The notes under the pieces are model-generated. The model was not told the origin of the DNA. It did not search any database and saw only the letters and a list, made by a program, of their open reading frames with translations. This document shows, piece after piece, positions 27,216 through 35,718 of a stretch of 59,443 bases of DNA (position 1 is its first letter; every line of letters begins with the position of its first letter). The stretch comes from Steroidobacteraceae bacterium (lineage in GTDB: Bacteria; Pseudomonadota; Gammaproteobacteria; Steroidobacterales; Steroidobacteraceae), in assembly GCA_036277615.1 (NCBI GenBank), contig DASUMQ010000293.1, positions 1 to 59,443 of the forward strand, in the 5' to 3' direction. The translations under genes were made by a program, and so were the position numbers.

Positions 27216-28595
27216 ATGCAACGACGTCAGGCCGGTCGGATCGCAGGCGTCGCCGCGCTCCTGGCGGTGCTGTGGCCGAGCCCGGCTGCCTTCGCCGCAC
27301 AACCGCGGTTCTCCGCGCCGCAGCTGCGGCAGGACCTCGCCGCGCTCGGCGCGGCGATCCGTGACACGCACCCGTACCCGGCCCACTCGATCGATACGGC
27401 CGCCCTCGCTCGTGCCCTGGACGCGCTCGAGCGACAGCTCGACCGGCCGATGACGCGCGACGAAGCGTGGGCCGTATTTGCCACGCTGAACCCGCTGCTC
27501 GCGGACGGGCACCTGTTCGTAGGCTTCGAGGACTGGCGTGGCGCCACCGAGGCGCATCTCGAGTCGGGCGGCGTGCTGTTTCCGTTCGAGTTGCACGTCA
27601 CCCCAGACCTGCGTGTGTTCGTCAGGTCGCAACTCGGCGGAGCAGCGTCGGTATACGCCGGGACGCGCGTGCGCTCGATCAACGGTGTCGACGCCGGAGT
27701 CGTGAGCCGGACACTGCTGGCGCTCGTCCACGGCGACACGGCGACGTTCCGCGCAGACCTGCTCTCGCGGCGCTGGTGGTTCTATTACTGGAAGACCTAC
27801 GGCGCCGTCGCGGAGTTCGAGGTTGCGCTGGACGATCCGACGCGAACGAGTCTCCACGTGCCGGGCAGCCGGCACAGGCCTGCGATTCTCGTGGCCGAAG
27901 CGAGCTTCGATCGACAGTTCGGCTTCGCGTCGTTGCCGTGCGACACGGCACTCCTGACCCTGCGCACGTTCTCGTGGCCCGACAAGGCGCAGTTCCTGCG
28001 GTTCACGCGCGATGCGTTCTCGAAGATCCGCGACGATCGCGTCCGGCGTCTCATAATCGACGTGCGTGACAACGGTGGCGGTGATGACGACTTCTGGATG
28101 CACGGCATCCTCCCGTACATCGCCACGGGCCCGTATCGCTGGGGCTCAACGTACCGGAAACGAGTGCTCGAAGCGTATCGCGACGAGGGCGAGACGACGG
28201 GGCAGGTCGTCACCGGTGCGATCGACCGGTGGATTCCATCGGAACCCATGAATCCGCTGCACTTTCCGGGGACTGTGTACGTACTGATCGGGCCCGCGAC
28301 GTACTCGTCTGCGGTCTTGTTCGCGAACGTGATGCGCGACTTCGGCTTTGGCGTCCTCGCAGGCAGCGGCGGCAGCGTCCGGGCGGACCAGAGCGGAAGC
28401 GTGCAGCAGCGCATCCTGCCGAACACCGGCCTGGTCGTGTGGTCCCCCCGCTTCGTCCTGTATCGGCCGTCGGGAGCGTCCGAACCGATGCTGCTCGAAC
28501 CGGACTACCCGATCGAGGAGGATCCGTTCAACGCCGGCGCTGCCGTGAACCGTCTGCTTGGTCGAATCACCGGCGGCGCGTGCAACGCGCGCTGA
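27216..28595 (+). CDS. Secreted S41 family (tail-specific-like) peptidase
   Basis: Signal peptide (IAGVAALLAVLWPSPAAFA). S41 motifs IIDVRDNGGGDD and VYVLIGPATYSSAVLFANV are present. Confidence 0.85.
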   Translation: MQRRQAGRIAGVAALLAVLWPSPAAFAAQPRFSAPQLRQDLAALGAAIRDTHPYPAHSIDTAALARALDALERQLDRPMTRDEAWAVFATLNPLLADGHLFVGFEDWRGATEAHLESGGVLFPFELHVTPDLRVFVRSQLGGAASVYAGTRVRSINGVDAGVVSRTLLALVHGDTATFRADLLSRRWWFYYWKTYGAVAEFEVALDDPTRTSLHVPGSRHRPAILVAEASFDRQFGFASLPCDTALLTLRTFSWPDKAQFLRFTRDAFSKIRDDRVRRLIIDVRDNGGGDDDFWMHGILPYIATGPYRWGSTYRKRVLEAYRDEGETTGQVVTGAIDRWIPSEPMNPLHFPGTVYVLIGPATYSSAVLFANVMRDFGFGVLAGSGGSVRADQSGSVQQRILPNTGLVVWSPRFVLYRPSGASEPMLLEPDYPIEEDPFNAGAAVNRLLGRITGGACNAR

Positions 28596-28714
28596 GAGAC
28601 TCCAGCTGGTGTCAGTCGAACCTGACAGGAGCGCCGGTCGTTTGGCGGTTGCCGTCGATCGGCGACGCGCGAAGCTAGTGCATCCCGAGGTGGCAACCGG
28701 CAGGAGAGTCCGCC

Positions 28715-29170
28715 ATGGCAGGCACGAACGACATCGTCGGCGACCTCAACGAGCTGCTTCGCGACGAGCTGGCGGCCATTGAAACCTACCGGCACGCGAT
28801 CGACAGGAATCGCAAGGCGCACGGGCAGGACGCACGGTTCGAGAAACTGACGGACATGCTGCACGACCACGAGGAGGCCGCCACACGGTTGCGCGACCTG
28901 GTGCAGCGCATGGGTGGCACTGCGGTCAGCGGCGCCGGCACCTGGGGGACCTGGGCGAACACCGTGCTGGGGGCGGCGAGCCTGCTGGGCGACAAGGCCG
29001 CACTGAGGGCCCTCAGGGAAGGCGAGGAGAGCGGTGTCAAGGATTACCGGGCGACGTTGCAGGAGGCAACGGCCGTGACGACACCCGAGATCCTCGACGT
29101 GTGCGCCTGGAACCTGTCGCGCGAAGAAGAGCACGTGCGACAGCTCGATCGCCTGATCGCATTCGCCTGA
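28715..29170 (+). CDS. PA2169/DUF2383 family four-helix-bundle (ferritin-like) protein
   Basis: 151 aa. The pattern LNELLRDELAAIETYRHAI ... LREGEESGVKDYR is typical of the family. Confidence 0.7.
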   Translation: MAGTNDIVGDLNELLRDELAAIETYRHAIDRNRKAHGQDARFEKLTDMLHDHEEAATRLRDLVQRMGGTAVSGAGTWGTWANTVLGAASLLGDKAALRALREGEESGVKDYRATLQEATAVTTPEILDVCAWNLSREEEHVRQLDRLIAFA

Positions 29171-29197
29171 CGACACGCCGCCCAGGACGGCGACGAA

Positions 29198-29680
29198 TCA
29201 GCCGCCGAGGAACTTGCGTCGCGACAGGGCCGGCGCCGCCTTGGTCGTCGACCGTGGCTCCGGTGTCGCGGGCTCAAAGAGGGCGTCGATGGCGGCGCGC
29301 GCGGCGACCCGCGTGGAGTCCTGGTCGGCGAATTCGTGCATCATGGAAAACAGCGAGCGCGTCGCGATCAAGCCGTTGTCCCCGGCCTCGCTCACGTCGA
29401 AGTCGTAGAGCCCGGACGGAAATGCGATGCGCGCGACCGCGCCCGCGCGCCAGGTCGCCAGATCGGCGGGCGAGGGCAGGATCGTCAGATTCATGAACCA
29501 CGGCGTCACGACCACGCCGACACGTCGCCCGTCGAACTCGCGGATCCCCACGCCTTCCACGACGAGGTTCGGATTGCAGACCGGCATTCCCTGCATCCGG
29601 CGCGAGGCCCGCTCGTAATAATCGACCAGCCGCCGGACGGGCTCGGCATCGCCGCCGGCCGGCTCCGCGTGTTCGTTCAT
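29198..29680 (-). CDS. hybE: [NiFe]-hydrogenase assembly chaperone HybE/HupJ-like
   Basis: The core NPNLVVEGVGIREFDGRRVGVVVTPWFMNLTILP matches the HybE family signature (TPWFMNL). Its ATG overlaps the hyaE-like stop (ATGA). The C-terminus ends ...ALSRRKFLGG. Confidence 0.75.
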   Translation of the reverse strand: MNEHAEPAGGDAEPVRRLVDYYERASRRMQGMPVCNPNLVVEGVGIREFDGRRVGVVVTPWFMNLTILPSPADLATWRAGAVARIAFPSGLYDFDVSEAGDNGLIATRSLFSMMHEFADQDSTRVAARAAIDALFEPATPEPRSTTKAAPALSRRKFLGG

Positions 29681-30057
29681 GACGAACCGCCCGTGCCGTC
29701 GGCGAACAGACGCTCGGCGGCCTGCGCGTACGCACTCCAGTCGCGCATGCGTGCGACGACGTCCACGGTCCGTCCGTCCGCCACGAAGGCGACCGCCGGC
29801 AGCACGACGACACCGGTCCTGGCCATCACCGACGTCTCGTCACGGCGGTCGACGAGCCCCAGCGCGAGGTGTCCGGCGTACTGCTTCAGCAGTTCGCGCA
29901 CGACGATCGCGACGTCGCGACCTTCCGGGTTGTGGGTCACGTCGCCCGTGAAGAACAGCAGCGCGCGCGGGTGGCGCGACAGGAAATCGCCGAGGCCCGA
30001 CTTGCGAACGACTTCGCTGGCCGGATGCTCGGCCAGTTGGGTGATGAGATCGGACAT
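29677..30057 (-). CDS. hyaE: Hydrogenase-1 expression protein HyaE/HupG-like (thioredoxin-fold Tat-signal chaperone)
   Basis: 126 aa. The pattern DFLSRHPRALLFFTGDVTHNPEGRDVAIVVRELL...VVLPAVAFVADGR...DWSAY parallels E. coli HyaE. Confidence 0.7.
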   Translation of the reverse strand: MSDLITQLAEHPASEVVRKSGLGDFLSRHPRALLFFTGDVTHNPEGRDVAIVVRELLKQYAGHLALGLVDRRDETSVMARTGVVVLPAVAFVADGRTVDVVARMRDWSAYAQAAERLFADGTGGSS

Positions 30058-30162
30058 GACCTGCGTACGGGAGACGACCTCCGCGAGGATGACCGTGCCG
30101 TTGCGCGGCGGTCAAGCATGCCAGGCTTGTCGTCGCTGCGCGGCTCAGTGACGGCGTCGACC

Positions 30163-30819
30163 TCAGTCGCCGGCGATGAACGCGGTCAGCCGCCAGCGGC
30201 CCTCCGTCTCGTTGAAAATGGCCCGGTAGTCCACGGGGCTGCGCAGGTACTGCGTCGCCATGAAGCCGCGTCGGCCGTCTGCCAGGCGGACCGCGCGCCA
30301 GCGGGCCTCGCGATCGTCGGCCGCTTCGACGCGGACGATGCCGAAGCTCACGCGGCCGACGACGGGCGCGTCGAGCCCGGGGCGCTCGCGCACCCGCACC
30401 GACTCGCCCACCACGGCCATGTGCTCGAACGCGTCCACGTCGTCGGGCCAGCGACTGAAGACGTAGGGCGCACGGAACGACGCGTCGTCCGCGAAACTGC
30501 CGCCGAGTGCGAGCACGGTGCCGAGCGTGGACCAGAGCGGCGAGTCCGGGGCGTCGGGACGCCATTTCTGCCGGAAATCGTCGAGCCCGCCACCGTCGCC
30601 GAACGACGTGCGCACGTGCGGATGCACCGCGTCGAGGATCGCCTGCGCGTCCCGACGGGCGATCGCCTGCTGCAGGCGCGCACGGAACGCGAAGAACGCC
30701 GGGCGTTGTGCCGCTTCGTCGACCGGCAGCAATACCTGTGGCTGCTGCGCCGGTGCGTGCAGCGGTAACAGCAGGGCGAGGCAGAACAGCCACGCGACTG
30801 CACGGGAGCGACGAAACAT
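30163..30819 (-). CDS. Secreted hypothetical protein with C-terminal bacterial SH3-like domain
   Basis: The start MFRRSRAVAWLFCLALLLPLHAPAQQ is a signal peptide. The C-terminal VGESVRVRERPGLDAPVVGRVSFGIVRV...GFMATQYL is SH3_3-like. The 632-aa ORF extension is antisense to mltA and is rejected. Confidence 0.65.
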   Translation of the reverse strand: MFRRSRAVAWLFCLALLLPLHAPAQQPQVLLPVDEAAQRPAFFAFRARLQQAIARRDAQAILDAVHPHVRTSFGDGGGLDDFRQKWRPDAPDSPLWSTLGTVLALGGSFADDASFRAPYVFSRWPDDVDAFEHMAVVGESVRVRERPGLDAPVVGRVSFGIVRVEAADDREARWRAVRLADGRRGFMATQYLRSPVDYRAIFNETEGRWRLTAFIAGD

Positions 30820-30873
30820 GAATGCCTGTCCGATGGCGTCGTCGCGCGTCAGTGTGCCCGAGCCGCGGCTAGA

Positions 30874-32055
30874 ATGCGCCACCCGCGCACCAGCGTGATC
30901 GACCGACCCGTGCCGCAACGAAACGCCGACCCGTTCCGCCGACGAGCATCGAGCACGCGCATCGCCGGGGCCGCGTCCCGGTGGAGCCTGATCACCCTCG
31001 CGCTCGGGTTTGTCGCGGCCTGCACGCCGTTCCGGCCGGCCCCCGACACCGTCACGCGCGGCGAGTCGCGCTGGGTCGCGGCACGGTGGAACGACCTGCC
31101 GGGTTGGAATGACGATACGGTCCACGACGCGTGGCCAGCGCTGCTGCGCAGTTGCGAGCGCGCGGCGCCCGAGTGGACCCGCGTGTGCTCGACGGCGCGG
31201 AGCGCGAGCCCACCACGCAGCGCTGCGCAGGCACGAGCGTGGCTCGAGCAGCACCTGCAACCGTACCGGCTCGAATCGAGGCAGGGCGGCGCGCAGGGAC
31301 TGATCACCGGTTACTACGAGCCGTCCTTCGACGCGCGACGCACGCCCGGTGGTGCGTACCGGGTGCCGTTGTATGCGGTGCCGGCGGACCTCGCGACGCG
31401 CAAGCCGTACTGGACGCGGCAGCAGATCGACACCTTGCCCGCAGCGCAATCGGCGCTGCGCGGGCGCGAGATCGCCTACCTGGCCGAGCCGCTCGACGCG
31501 CTCGCGCTGCAGATCCAGGGCTCCGGCCGACTGCGCGTGACGGAGCCGGACGGCCGCGTGCAGGTCGTGCGACTCGCCTATGCCGGGCACAACGACCACC
31601 CATATCGCTCGGTCGGTCGCTGGCTGATCGACCAGCGTGAATTGCCGCCGGGCCAGGCGTCGTGGCCCGCCATTCGCGACTGGGCTCGTCGCAACCCGTC
31701 GCGGCTGCGGGAGCTGCTCTGGGCCAACCCGCGTTACGTGTTTTTCCGGGAGGAAGCCCTGGTCGATCCGTCGATCGGCCCGCGCGGCGCGCAAGGCGTG
31801 CCGTTGACGCCGGGACGCTCGATCGCCGTCGATCCGCGCAACGTGCCGTACGGCACACCGGCGTGGATCGACACGACGCAGCCGCTCTCGGATGCCCCCC
31901 TGCGCCGGCTCGTGTTCGCGCAGGACACCGGCAGCGCGATCGTCGGCCCGGTCCGCGCCGATTACTTCTGGGGCTGGGAGCGTGACGCGGCCGAGCAGGC
32001 GGGACGCATGAAGCAACCGCTGCGCATGTGGGTGTTCGGGCCGCGCGGGAAATAG
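30874..32055 (+). CDS. mltA: Membrane-bound lytic murein transglycosylase A
   Basis: MltA pattern GYYEP...GSGRLRV...YAGHNDHPYRSVGRWLID...GVPLTPGRSIAVD...VFAQDTGSAIVGPVRADYFWG, with lipobox LGFVAAC. The start is uncertain because the pre-Cys region is long. Confidence 0.88.
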   Translation: MRHPRTSVIDRPVPQRNADPFRRRASSTRIAGAASRWSLITLALGFVAACTPFRPAPDTVTRGESRWVAARWNDLPGWNDDTVHDAWPALLRSCERAAPEWTRVCSTARSASPPRSAAQARAWLEQHLQPYRLESRQGGAQGLITGYYEPSFDARRTPGGAYRVPLYAVPADLATRKPYWTRQQIDTLPAAQSALRGREIAYLAEPLDALALQIQGSGRLRVTEPDGRVQVVRLAYAGHNDHPYRSVGRWLIDQRELPPGQASWPAIRDWARRNPSRLRELLWANPRYVFFREEALVDPSIGPRGAQGVPLTPGRSIAVDPRNVPYGTPAWIDTTQPLSDAPLRRLVFAQDTGSAIVGPVRADYFWGWERDAAEQAGRMKQPLRMWVFGPRGK

Positions 32056-32131
32056 GGACACTCCGAATTTCCGGTCACGGAAATTCGGAGTGTCCCTATT
32101 TTCCCCGAAATTCGGAGTGTCCCTATTTTCC
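32047..32131. repeat. Triple 25-27-nt repeat: one 24-bp perfect hairpin plus a third direct copy
   Basis: 32050-32073 (AAATAGGGACACTCCGAATTTCCG) pairs perfectly with 32078-32101 across a GTCA loop. 32107-32131 is a 25-nt perfect direct copy of 32080-32104. The mltA stop (TAG 32053-55) and the propeller-gene stop (CTA 32123-25) both lie inside copies. Confidence 0.9.
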
Positions 32132-33205
32132 GGGTGCCGGTGAGCAGGCGTGACACTGCGCCTTCGGCATCACGTGCGTGATGCCGAGCCCGTCCGGTTC
32201 TCCGTCGACGTCGATCACGTGCAGCACCTCGAGCGTGCCGGCGTCGAGCTGCAGGATGCGGTCGGCCATCGTCGCCGCGACGAACAGGCGCTTGCCGTCG
32301 GGCGCCACCAGCAGCCCGACCGGCAGCGGGCTGCCCGGCGCGAGGCCGGCGAACGGCCGGCTCGAGGCGGCCGGCGCGAGGGGCGACTCGATCTTGCGAC
32401 GCCGCAGTTCGCGCCCGGTCGCCGCGTCGAACGCGACGACCTCGGCGCTGCCGGCGCAGTTCACGAACGCGGTCGCGCCGTCGGGTGAGAACGCGAGGCG
32501 AATCGGAACGCCCGGCAGGTCGAACCGACCGAGCGGCTCCAGGGAGAACGCGTCGAGCCGCAGCAGCGTTCCGCCCGCGCGTGCCGCGACCCAGACCTCG
32601 CGCCCGTCCGGCCGAACCGCGACTGCTTCCGTGCCGGCACCGGTCGGCGTCGTGTGCACGGGTGCGGTCGGTGCATCGAGTGCCGCGGCGGTCACGCTGC
32701 CCGAACCGATGTTCGCGACGTACGCCCGCCTCGCATCGGGGGCGACGGCGACCATGTGCGACGTCTCCTGTCCCGTAGTGATCTTCGCCACGATCGTGCC
32801 GGCGAGCGGGTCAACGAGGAGCAGGTGTGCCGAGCCCTCGGTCGTGACGGCCACGCGGTCCGGGGCGTACCAGGCCACGCCGTGCGGTCGCGTGTGCGGC
32901 CCGAGGTCGATGCGACGCAGCTCGCGCGGCTGCTCGAGGTCGACGACGCTCAGCGTCGAGCCCGCTCGCTCGCGCGTGCCGTAGTTGCTGACGACGGCGA
33001 GCCTGCCGTCGGGCGCGACGCTCACCTCGTGCGGCGCGAACCCCACCGGCACCGTGGCGAGCCTGAGGCCGGAGCCCGGATCGATGAGATCGAGCACGTC
33101 GGCCGACTTGCGCACGACCAGCAGTGTGTCGGCGAGCGCGCCGGTACACGTCGCCAGCACGAACGCACCGGTGAGCCAGGCGCGCGCGATGGCCCGTCGC
33201 GTCAC
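32123..33205 (-). CDS. Secreted beta-propeller repeat protein (YVTN / lactonase-like)
   Basis: Repeated ...PHGVAxxPDGxxxYVAN-type blades (FAPHEVSVAPDGRLAVVSNYG, SHMVAVAPDARRAYVANIG, TEAVAVRPDGREVWVAA, PIRLAFSPDGATAFVN). The GTG at 33205 overlaps the GNAT stop (GTGA). It has an N-terminal signal-like segment. Confidence 0.75.
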   Translation of the reverse strand: MTRRAIARAWLTGAFVLATCTGALADTLLVVRKSADVLDLIDPGSGLRLATVPVGFAPHEVSVAPDGRLAVVSNYGTRERAGSTLSVVDLEQPRELRRIDLGPHTRPHGVAWYAPDRVAVTTEGSAHLLLVDPLAGTIVAKITTGQETSHMVAVAPDARRAYVANIGSGSVTAAALDAPTAPVHTTPTGAGTEAVAVRPDGREVWVAARAGGTLLRLDAFSLEPLGRFDLPGVPIRLAFSPDGATAFVNCAGSAEVVAFDAATGRELRRRKIESPLAPAASSRPFAGLAPGSPLPVGLLVAPDGKRLFVAATMADRILQLDAGTLEVLHVIDVDGEPDGLGITHVMPKAQCHACSPAPGK

Positions 33206-33894
33206 GACTGCGCTCCGGGGATCCCCCGGCACTCGACCAGGCTGCGTCGCTGGCGCCCGTCCGGATCGAAGTTCGCGGGATCCAGCCAGTGCTCGAAGCC
33301 GGTGCGGATGCGCGGCCACTCCGAGTCGACGACCGCGTACCACGCGGTGTCGCGATTGCGGCCCTTGACCACCATGTGCTGACGGAACACGCCCTCGAAC
33401 GTGAACCCCAGCCGTTCGGCCGCGGCCCGCGACTTCGCATTGCGTGCGTTGCACTTCCACTCGTACCGGCGGTACCCGAGCTCGAACGCGCATCGCATCA
33501 TCAGGTACATCGCCTCGGTCGCGGCGGGCGTGCGCTGGAGCCGCGGCGAATAGGCGAGGTGTCCCACTTCGATCACGCCGTTCGGCCGGTCGATGCGCAG
33601 GTACGAGGCGACGCCGACGGGCGTGCCGCCCGCGGCGTCCACGATCGCGAAGAACAGCGGATCGTCCGAGCGCGCCTGCCGCTCGACCCAGGCGCGATAG
33701 TCCTCGGCGTCGGCGAACGGCCCGTAGGCCATGTAATCCCACATGCTGCCCGCCGCGTCGAGCGCGTTCGCTGCGTGCAGCGCCGCAGCATGCGCGACCG
33801 TGAGCGGCGCGAGGCGACAGAACCGCCCGACCATCCCGACGCGATCCGGTGCGGCAGGCGGATGCCAGCCTTCGAGCGACGGTGCCTGATCCAT
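33202..33894 (-). CDS. GNAT family N-acetyltransferase (RimJ/RimL-like, Acetyltransf_3)
   Basis: 230 aa starting MDQAPSLEGW.... The GNAT core is IEVGHLAYSPRLQRTPAATEAMYLMMRCAFELGYRRYEWKCNARNAKSRAAAERLGFTFEGVFR. Confidence 0.8.
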   Translation of the reverse strand: MDQAPSLEGWHPPAAPDRVGMVGRFCRLAPLTVAHAAALHAANALDAAGSMWDYMAYGPFADAEDYRAWVERQARSDDPLFFAIVDAAGGTPVGVASYLRIDRPNGVIEVGHLAYSPRLQRTPAATEAMYLMMRCAFELGYRRYEWKCNARNAKSRAAAERLGFTFEGVFRQHMVVKGRNRDTAWYAVVDSEWPRIRTGFEHWLDPANFDPDGRQRRSLVECRGIPGAQS

Positions 33895-33914
33895 GACCGG
33901 TTCCCTTGATCTCT

Positions 33915-35717
33915 TCAGGCGGCTGGCGCCGCGCGCTCGGCCGGAGGCGCGCCATCGGTGAACTGCAGCGCCGCGAGTCGTGCATAGAGCTCGCTCCCGC
34001 GCAGCAGTTCGGCGTGGGTGCCCTGGGCAACGATGCGTCCATGGTCCATCACGACGATGCGATCGGCTTCGAGCACGGTCGCGAGCCGGTGGGCGATCAC
34101 GACGGTCGTGCGGCGCTGCATGAGCCGTTCGAGCGCGGCCTGCACGAGCCGCTCGCTCTCGGCATCGAGCGCGCTCGTCGCCTCGTCGAGCAACAGGATG
34201 GGCGGGTCGCGCAGGATCGCGCGCGCGATCGCGATGCGCTGGCGCTGCCCGCCGGAAAGCCGCGTGCCGCGTTCGCCGAGGAACGTGTCGTAACCGTCCG
34301 GCAGGCGGCGCAGGAACTCGTCCGCGGCGGCCGCCTGCGCCGCGGCCGCCACTTCGTCGTCGCTCGCGCCCGGCCGACCGTAACGGATGTTCTCGCGCGC
34401 ACTCGCCGCGAACAGCACGGTGTCCTGTGGTACGAGGCCGATCCGGCTGCGCACCTCGAGCGGGTCGGCCTGCGCGACGTCCACGCCGTCGATCAGGATC
34501 CGCCCCGAGGCCGGGTCGTAGAACCGCAGCAGCAACTGGAACGTCGTGCTCTTGCCCGCGCCCGACGGCCCGACGAATGCGACGGTCTCGCCGGGTCGCA
34601 CGACCAGGTCGAAGCCGTCGAGCGCCTTCGACTGGGGGCGGGACGGGTAGTGGAACGTCACGCGCTCGAACCGGATCTCGCCACGGCCGGGCGAGGGCAT
34701 CGGCACCGGGTGTGTGGGTGGCCGGATGGCCGGCTGCGCGCGCTCGAGTTCGACCAGCCGCTCCATCGCGCCGGCGGCGCGCTGCACCTCGCCCCACATT
34801 TCGCTCAGGCTCGACGCCGCGATCGCGACGTAGCCCGCGTAGAGCAGGAACTGACCGAGTTGACCTCCGGTCATTTCGCCGCGCACGACCGCGTGCGCGC
34901 CCATCCACAGCACGAACGTGATCGCGCCGAAGACCAGCATCGTCGCGATCGCGGTCAGCGTCGAGCGGGTGCGGGTCCGGCGCACGGCGGCCGCGAACGA
35001 GTCCTCGACCGCAGCATCGAACCGGCGCGCGTTGATGACCTCGAGCGTGAACGCCTGCACGGTCTGGATCGCGTTCAGGGTCTCGTCCGCGACGCCACTC
35101 GTGTCGGCAATGCGATCCTGCGAGACGCGCGAAAGTTTGCGCACCCGCCGGCCGAGCACGATCAACGGCACGATCACGAGCGGGATCAGCACCACCAGCA
35201 TCGCCATCAGCTTCAGGCTCGTGACGGCGAGCATCACGAGGCTGCCGACCAGCGTGAGGGTCGAGCGCAGCGTGATCGACAGGTTGACGCCCGCGATCGA
35301 CTGCACGAGCGTCGCGTCCGCGGTCAGGCGCGAAAGCACCTCGCCGATGCGCGTGACCTCGAAGAAGGCCGGGTCCATCCGGATCACCCGCGAATAGACC
35401 GCCGAGCGCAGGTCCGCGACGACACGCTCGCCGATCCAGGTCACGAGGTAGAAGCGCAGCGCGGCGAACACGCCGAAGACCGCGGCGGCGGCCAGGAACG
35501 CGACGAAGTAGCGGTTGATCGTCGCGGTGTTGCTCGACGACAGGCCCTCGTCGATCAGGTAGCGCAGCGCGACCGGCAGCGCAAGCATCGCCGCCGCCGC
35601 GACCAGCAGCGCCACGAGCGCGAGCGCGAGTACGCCGAGGTACGGGCGCAGGTACGGCACGAGCGCACGCAGCGGCCCGAGGGAACGAGCCTTCGGACGG
35701 TCGGTGGTATCGCTCAT
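33915..35717 (-). CDS. Fused TMD-NBD ABC exporter (MsbA/ABCB-like)
   Basis: Six N-terminal TM helices, Walker A GPSGAGKST, signature LSGGQRQRIAIAR and Walker B ILLLDEATSALD. 600 aa. Confidence 0.92.
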   Translation of the reverse strand: MSDTTDRPKARSLGPLRALVPYLRPYLGVLALALVALLVAAAAMLALPVALRYLIDEGLSSSNTATINRYFVAFLAAAAVFGVFAALRFYLVTWIGERVVADLRSAVYSRVIRMDPAFFEVTRIGEVLSRLTADATLVQSIAGVNLSITLRSTLTLVGSLVMLAVTSLKLMAMLVVLIPLVIVPLIVLGRRVRKLSRVSQDRIADTSGVADETLNAIQTVQAFTLEVINARRFDAAVEDSFAAAVRRTRTRSTLTAIATMLVFGAITFVLWMGAHAVVRGEMTGGQLGQFLLYAGYVAIAASSLSEMWGEVQRAAGAMERLVELERAQPAIRPPTHPVPMPSPGRGEIRFERVTFHYPSRPQSKALDGFDLVVRPGETVAFVGPSGAGKSTTFQLLLRFYDPASGRILIDGVDVAQADPLEVRSRIGLVPQDTVLFAASARENIRYGRPGASDDEVAAAAQAAAADEFLRRLPDGYDTFLGERGTRLSGGQRQRIAIARAILRDPPILLLDEATSALDAESERLVQAALERLMQRRTTVVIAHRLATVLEADRIVVMDHGRIVAQGTHAELLRGSELYARLAALQFTDGAPPAERAAPAA

Positions 35718-35718
35718 G

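Noticed and set aside
30163-34908. 5'-extended versions of ORFs (30163-32061, 32123-34042 and 33202-34908; also 46830-49259, 47969-49909, 52864-53766, 53370-54596 and 54371-56638)
   Set aside because: The extensions run antisense to, or overlap, neighbouring well-supported genes. Internal ATG/GTG starts that create 4-nt stop/start overlaps or follow signal-peptide logic give protein lengths normal for each family.
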